From the IMG/VR virus record IMGVR_UViG_3300026518_000009, positions 16,247 to 80,246 of that record: a stretch of 64,000 nucleotides of DNA; one strand, 5' to 3'. Under the pieces are notes generated by a model, which was not told where the DNA came from, ran no database searches, and saw only the letters and a list, made by a program, of their open reading frames with translations. Made by a program: the position numbers and the translations under genes. This document shows positions 62,601 to 64,000 of the stretch, in pieces (the first letter of the stretch is position 1; each line of letters begins with the position of its first letter). Source of the stretch: a virus.

Positions 62601-62761
62601 ATGGAAATGGGTACTTTGCAGGGAATATAACAGCAACAGGTGAAGTAACAGTTGGTCCACATACAGATGGAACAACAGAAGTTGCATCTAATGTGTTATA
62701 TGGGACAACAGACCCTCCATCAGGTACATTTAAAGAAGGAACAATTTATATAAAATATTAA
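59675..62761 (+). CDS. Tail fibre protein
   Basis: 1028 aa, Thr/Gly/Ala-rich; repeats D..GH.T, NLYYTDARV, ITGDATGS, GNVFIG. Confidence 0.85.
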   Translation: MNLNLPYGIYVSTNADLDVKYRVANNTARDALITNKLVKVGFVIYNESDNKRYWLKTYPTEGSLTGVEWEDINLKITTENTSGISTLVNNVLNIPNYSHPLKKWVNKTDLSGSTIISNLTIDSLGHPTDWITRNLTPTDIGAQPAGTYDNYVKWIISVGGVTGNIISGNTLVFDAGNVLNTSYSDTTKTVTIGHNDITRTDPAKTTITPGYSGTFDIVESATSDAQGHLTAIQQRTIQLPDAYVHPSHTAYTETLSGATVFATFNSDALGHVTSLTTRTLTLADLGAQAAGNYELIANKNIASGYAGLDSNGLIFTSQLPPLAISQPYVVASETAQLALTVQEGDVAIRTDLKTSYIALNSSNASMSDWQQLLTPTDNYVSGASWNTSTGVLTINRNALSDITVPIDGRYIVANAAITGATHTKITYDANGLVTAGADSTTSDIPEGTNLYYTDARVAANSAVAANTAKVTESTTVTAPLVLSGYNISLPKATGSVNGYLSSADWTTFNNKLSSYTETDPVFKASTVYNISNGTGFLKNNGTGTWSYDNSTYLTGNQTISITGDATGSGATSIALTLAASGVTAGTYNNVTVNAKGLVTGASNVSYEPAFTKNTAFNKDFGTATGQVWGYDAHPTTTSDYGLPTYPTTLPASDVYAWAKAATKPSYTTDEVTEGSTNLYYTDARVAAKVTQSYVNGLGINAATLGGISLANFVYGTNGQANTSVADVNTIPKAGFYVGYNTANSFTTGDFGIINIPTWKDSSSSSQYSLQIGAPIGTTASIRFRNIVNNTAGTWYTLYGNNNANSTGVDWSAQNITLAGSITGATSITTGTITPTNLTTGYIPYMNGSLVNSPVYTDGVNVGIGTILKANTYPSTFTTLSIKTQTGDYCPIIELVGTRSATNGNQNGIIQFFNATTTPVWVNTIASIQGTSPDSGQLKFDVANTGTLSEAARIDQYGNVFIGYTSDPTSGNKLAVNGNGYFAGNITATGEVTVGPHTDGTTEVASNVLYGTTDPPSGTFKEGTIYIKY

Positions 62762-62763
62762 TA

Positions 62764-64000
62764 ATGGATGCTAACTATAATACATTAGATAATATTCCCC
62801 CAATATTTGATACTGAATATTGGGTTAAACAAAAATTGTTATATCTGACCAAGAACTCTACTGATTTTGATAATAATAAAATAGTTGGCATAACAAAGAA
62901 TAGTTCAACTGAAGGGCAATATCCAGGGGCATTAGTTACTAAAGTATATTCCTATGATGATATTAATAATGCTATAACTAATACTCCGGTATTAACATTA
63001 ATCATGGATGAAACAAGTAGTTATGTTACATCACAATCAAGTGGGGCATCTGTAATATTTAATAATGGAAATAATCCTAAAATAAAAAGGTTAACAATAC
63101 TTAATTTTTTAGTAGCAAGTATAGCGTTAAAATCTGGTTCTACCGCATTACCAAATCAAATAGGAAATGTAACTGATGATTTTTTATTAATATTTAATTT
63201 AATAGGGTGGGATAATACTAATAATGATACAGTAGATATAAATTATACAACTGGTGGTACAGTTATTGCCGGAGCAAGTTCTGATTATGATATTGATATT
63301 ATTGACTCTAATCATTTTGTTGTAGCAACATCTGCATTAGCTGGTTTAGTTCAAATATATGAAATAAATAGTACATTTGATGGTATAACATTATTAACAC
63401 AATTATCTAATACTGATAGTACACAAAGAAGTACAGTAAACACAATCAAAATAATAGATAGTTCTCATTTTATGGTTAGCAGGTTTATTCCTACAACTAA
63501 TGTTTCTGAACTTATTGTATATTCATTTGATACATCATATAATATAACTGAATTAAATAGGATAACATTAGCAAGTGGAACAGCATTAAGGGATTTTACA
63601 TTTGAAATAGATACTGACAATAAATACGGGGTTATATTTGGATATGATCCGGGTGCACCATCTGGACATGCTAATATTTATAGTGGATATATTTCATATA
63701 ATAGTGATTTTTCTATAGTTAACGCATCTATACAAGAAGACCCATATTTAACTGATGGAATGACAGTTGATATATATTCATTTAATACACAACCAGAAAT
63801 AAAACTTTTAACTAATAATTATTTCTTAGTTACAACAGGAAATGGAGCGTCTATAAATTATTATCTATATAAACAGGCCACTAATTATCCAGAATTAATA
63901 TTAAGAAGTGGTTGGGCAACAGATGATAAGCGTAATATAACATCTATATCTAATCTGATTATTAATAAAAATATATTTATATCAAGTTGGGCAGACAGTT
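62764..64000 (+). CDS. putative tail/receptor-binding protein, 3'-truncated (not in ORF track)
   Basis: ATG at 62764 (MDANYNTLDNIPP); appears open to the window end; repeats IDSNHFVV / IIDSSHFMV / LTNNYFLV suggest a beta-propeller. Confidence 0.65.
   Translation, partial: MDANYNTLDNIPPIFDTEYWVKQKLLYLTKNSTDFDNNKIVGITKNSSTEGQYPGALVTKVYSYDDINNAITNTPVLTLIMDETSSYVTSQSSGASVIFNNGNNPKIKRLTILNFLVASIALKSGSTALPNQIGNVTDDFLLIFNLIGWDNTNNDTVDINYTTGGTVIAGASSDYDIDIIDSNHFVVATSALAGLVQIYEINSTFDGITLLTQLSNTDSTQRSTVNTIKIIDSSHFMVSRFIPTTNVSELIVYSFDTSYNITELNRITLASGTALRDFTFEIDTDNKYGVIFGYDPGAPSGHANIYSGYISYNSDFSIVNASIQEDPYLTDGMTVDIYSFNTQPEIKLLTNNYFLVTTGNGASINYYLYKQATNYPELILRSGWATDDKRNITSISNLIINKNIFISSWADS

Noticed and set aside
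1-64000. Stop-codon reassignment (TAG/TGA), known in some crAss-like phages
   Set aside because: Core genes are full-length in the standard code, and TAG and TGA end genes at sensible positions (e.g. polB, RecT-like, ligase)
59675-64000. Diversity-generating retroelement targeting tail genes
   Set aside because: No reverse transcriptase or TR/VR pair visible in the window; cannot be excluded beyond 64000

Overview
A 64-kb, very AT-rich segment of a crAss-like (Crassvirales) phage genome read in the standard genetic code. Bacteroidota-type promoters (TTTG-N19-21-TAnnTTTG) point to a Bacteroidota host. There are three blocks. (1) <1-11868 (+) is a giant, 5'-truncated virion-protein ORF with an RNA-polymerase catalytic motif (GSDFDIDK), a zincin HExxH motif and a long C-terminal domain. 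(2) 12043-38843 (-) is the replication/early module: dUTPase, DUF3310, DUF932, Gp157-like protein, DHH phosphoesterase, ATP-dependent ligase, primase, RecT-like protein, SF2 helicase, family-B DNA polymerase, family-4 UDG, RecD/Dda-like helicase and many small ORFans. (3) 39918->64000 (+) is the late module: GroES-like, IHF-like, PD-(D/E)XK nuclease, large terminase, portal, putative scaffold, major capsid, auxiliary capsid, ring proteins, an embedded putative lysis cassette and tail-fibre genes. The least explained part is the divergence region at ~36.4-39.9 kb. Four successive intergenic leaders of the leftward genes there fold into apparent structured RNAs: a kissing-loop pair, an H-type pseudoknot, a ~270-nt multibranch pseudoknotted RNA and a large-loop hairpin. 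They are interleaved with membrane microprotein and lipoprotein genes. Next to them lie two GTTCCACACT-anchored hexamer-periodic tracts that may mark the origin or genome terminus. All assignments come from motif recognition and base-pairing by eye; no searches were run.
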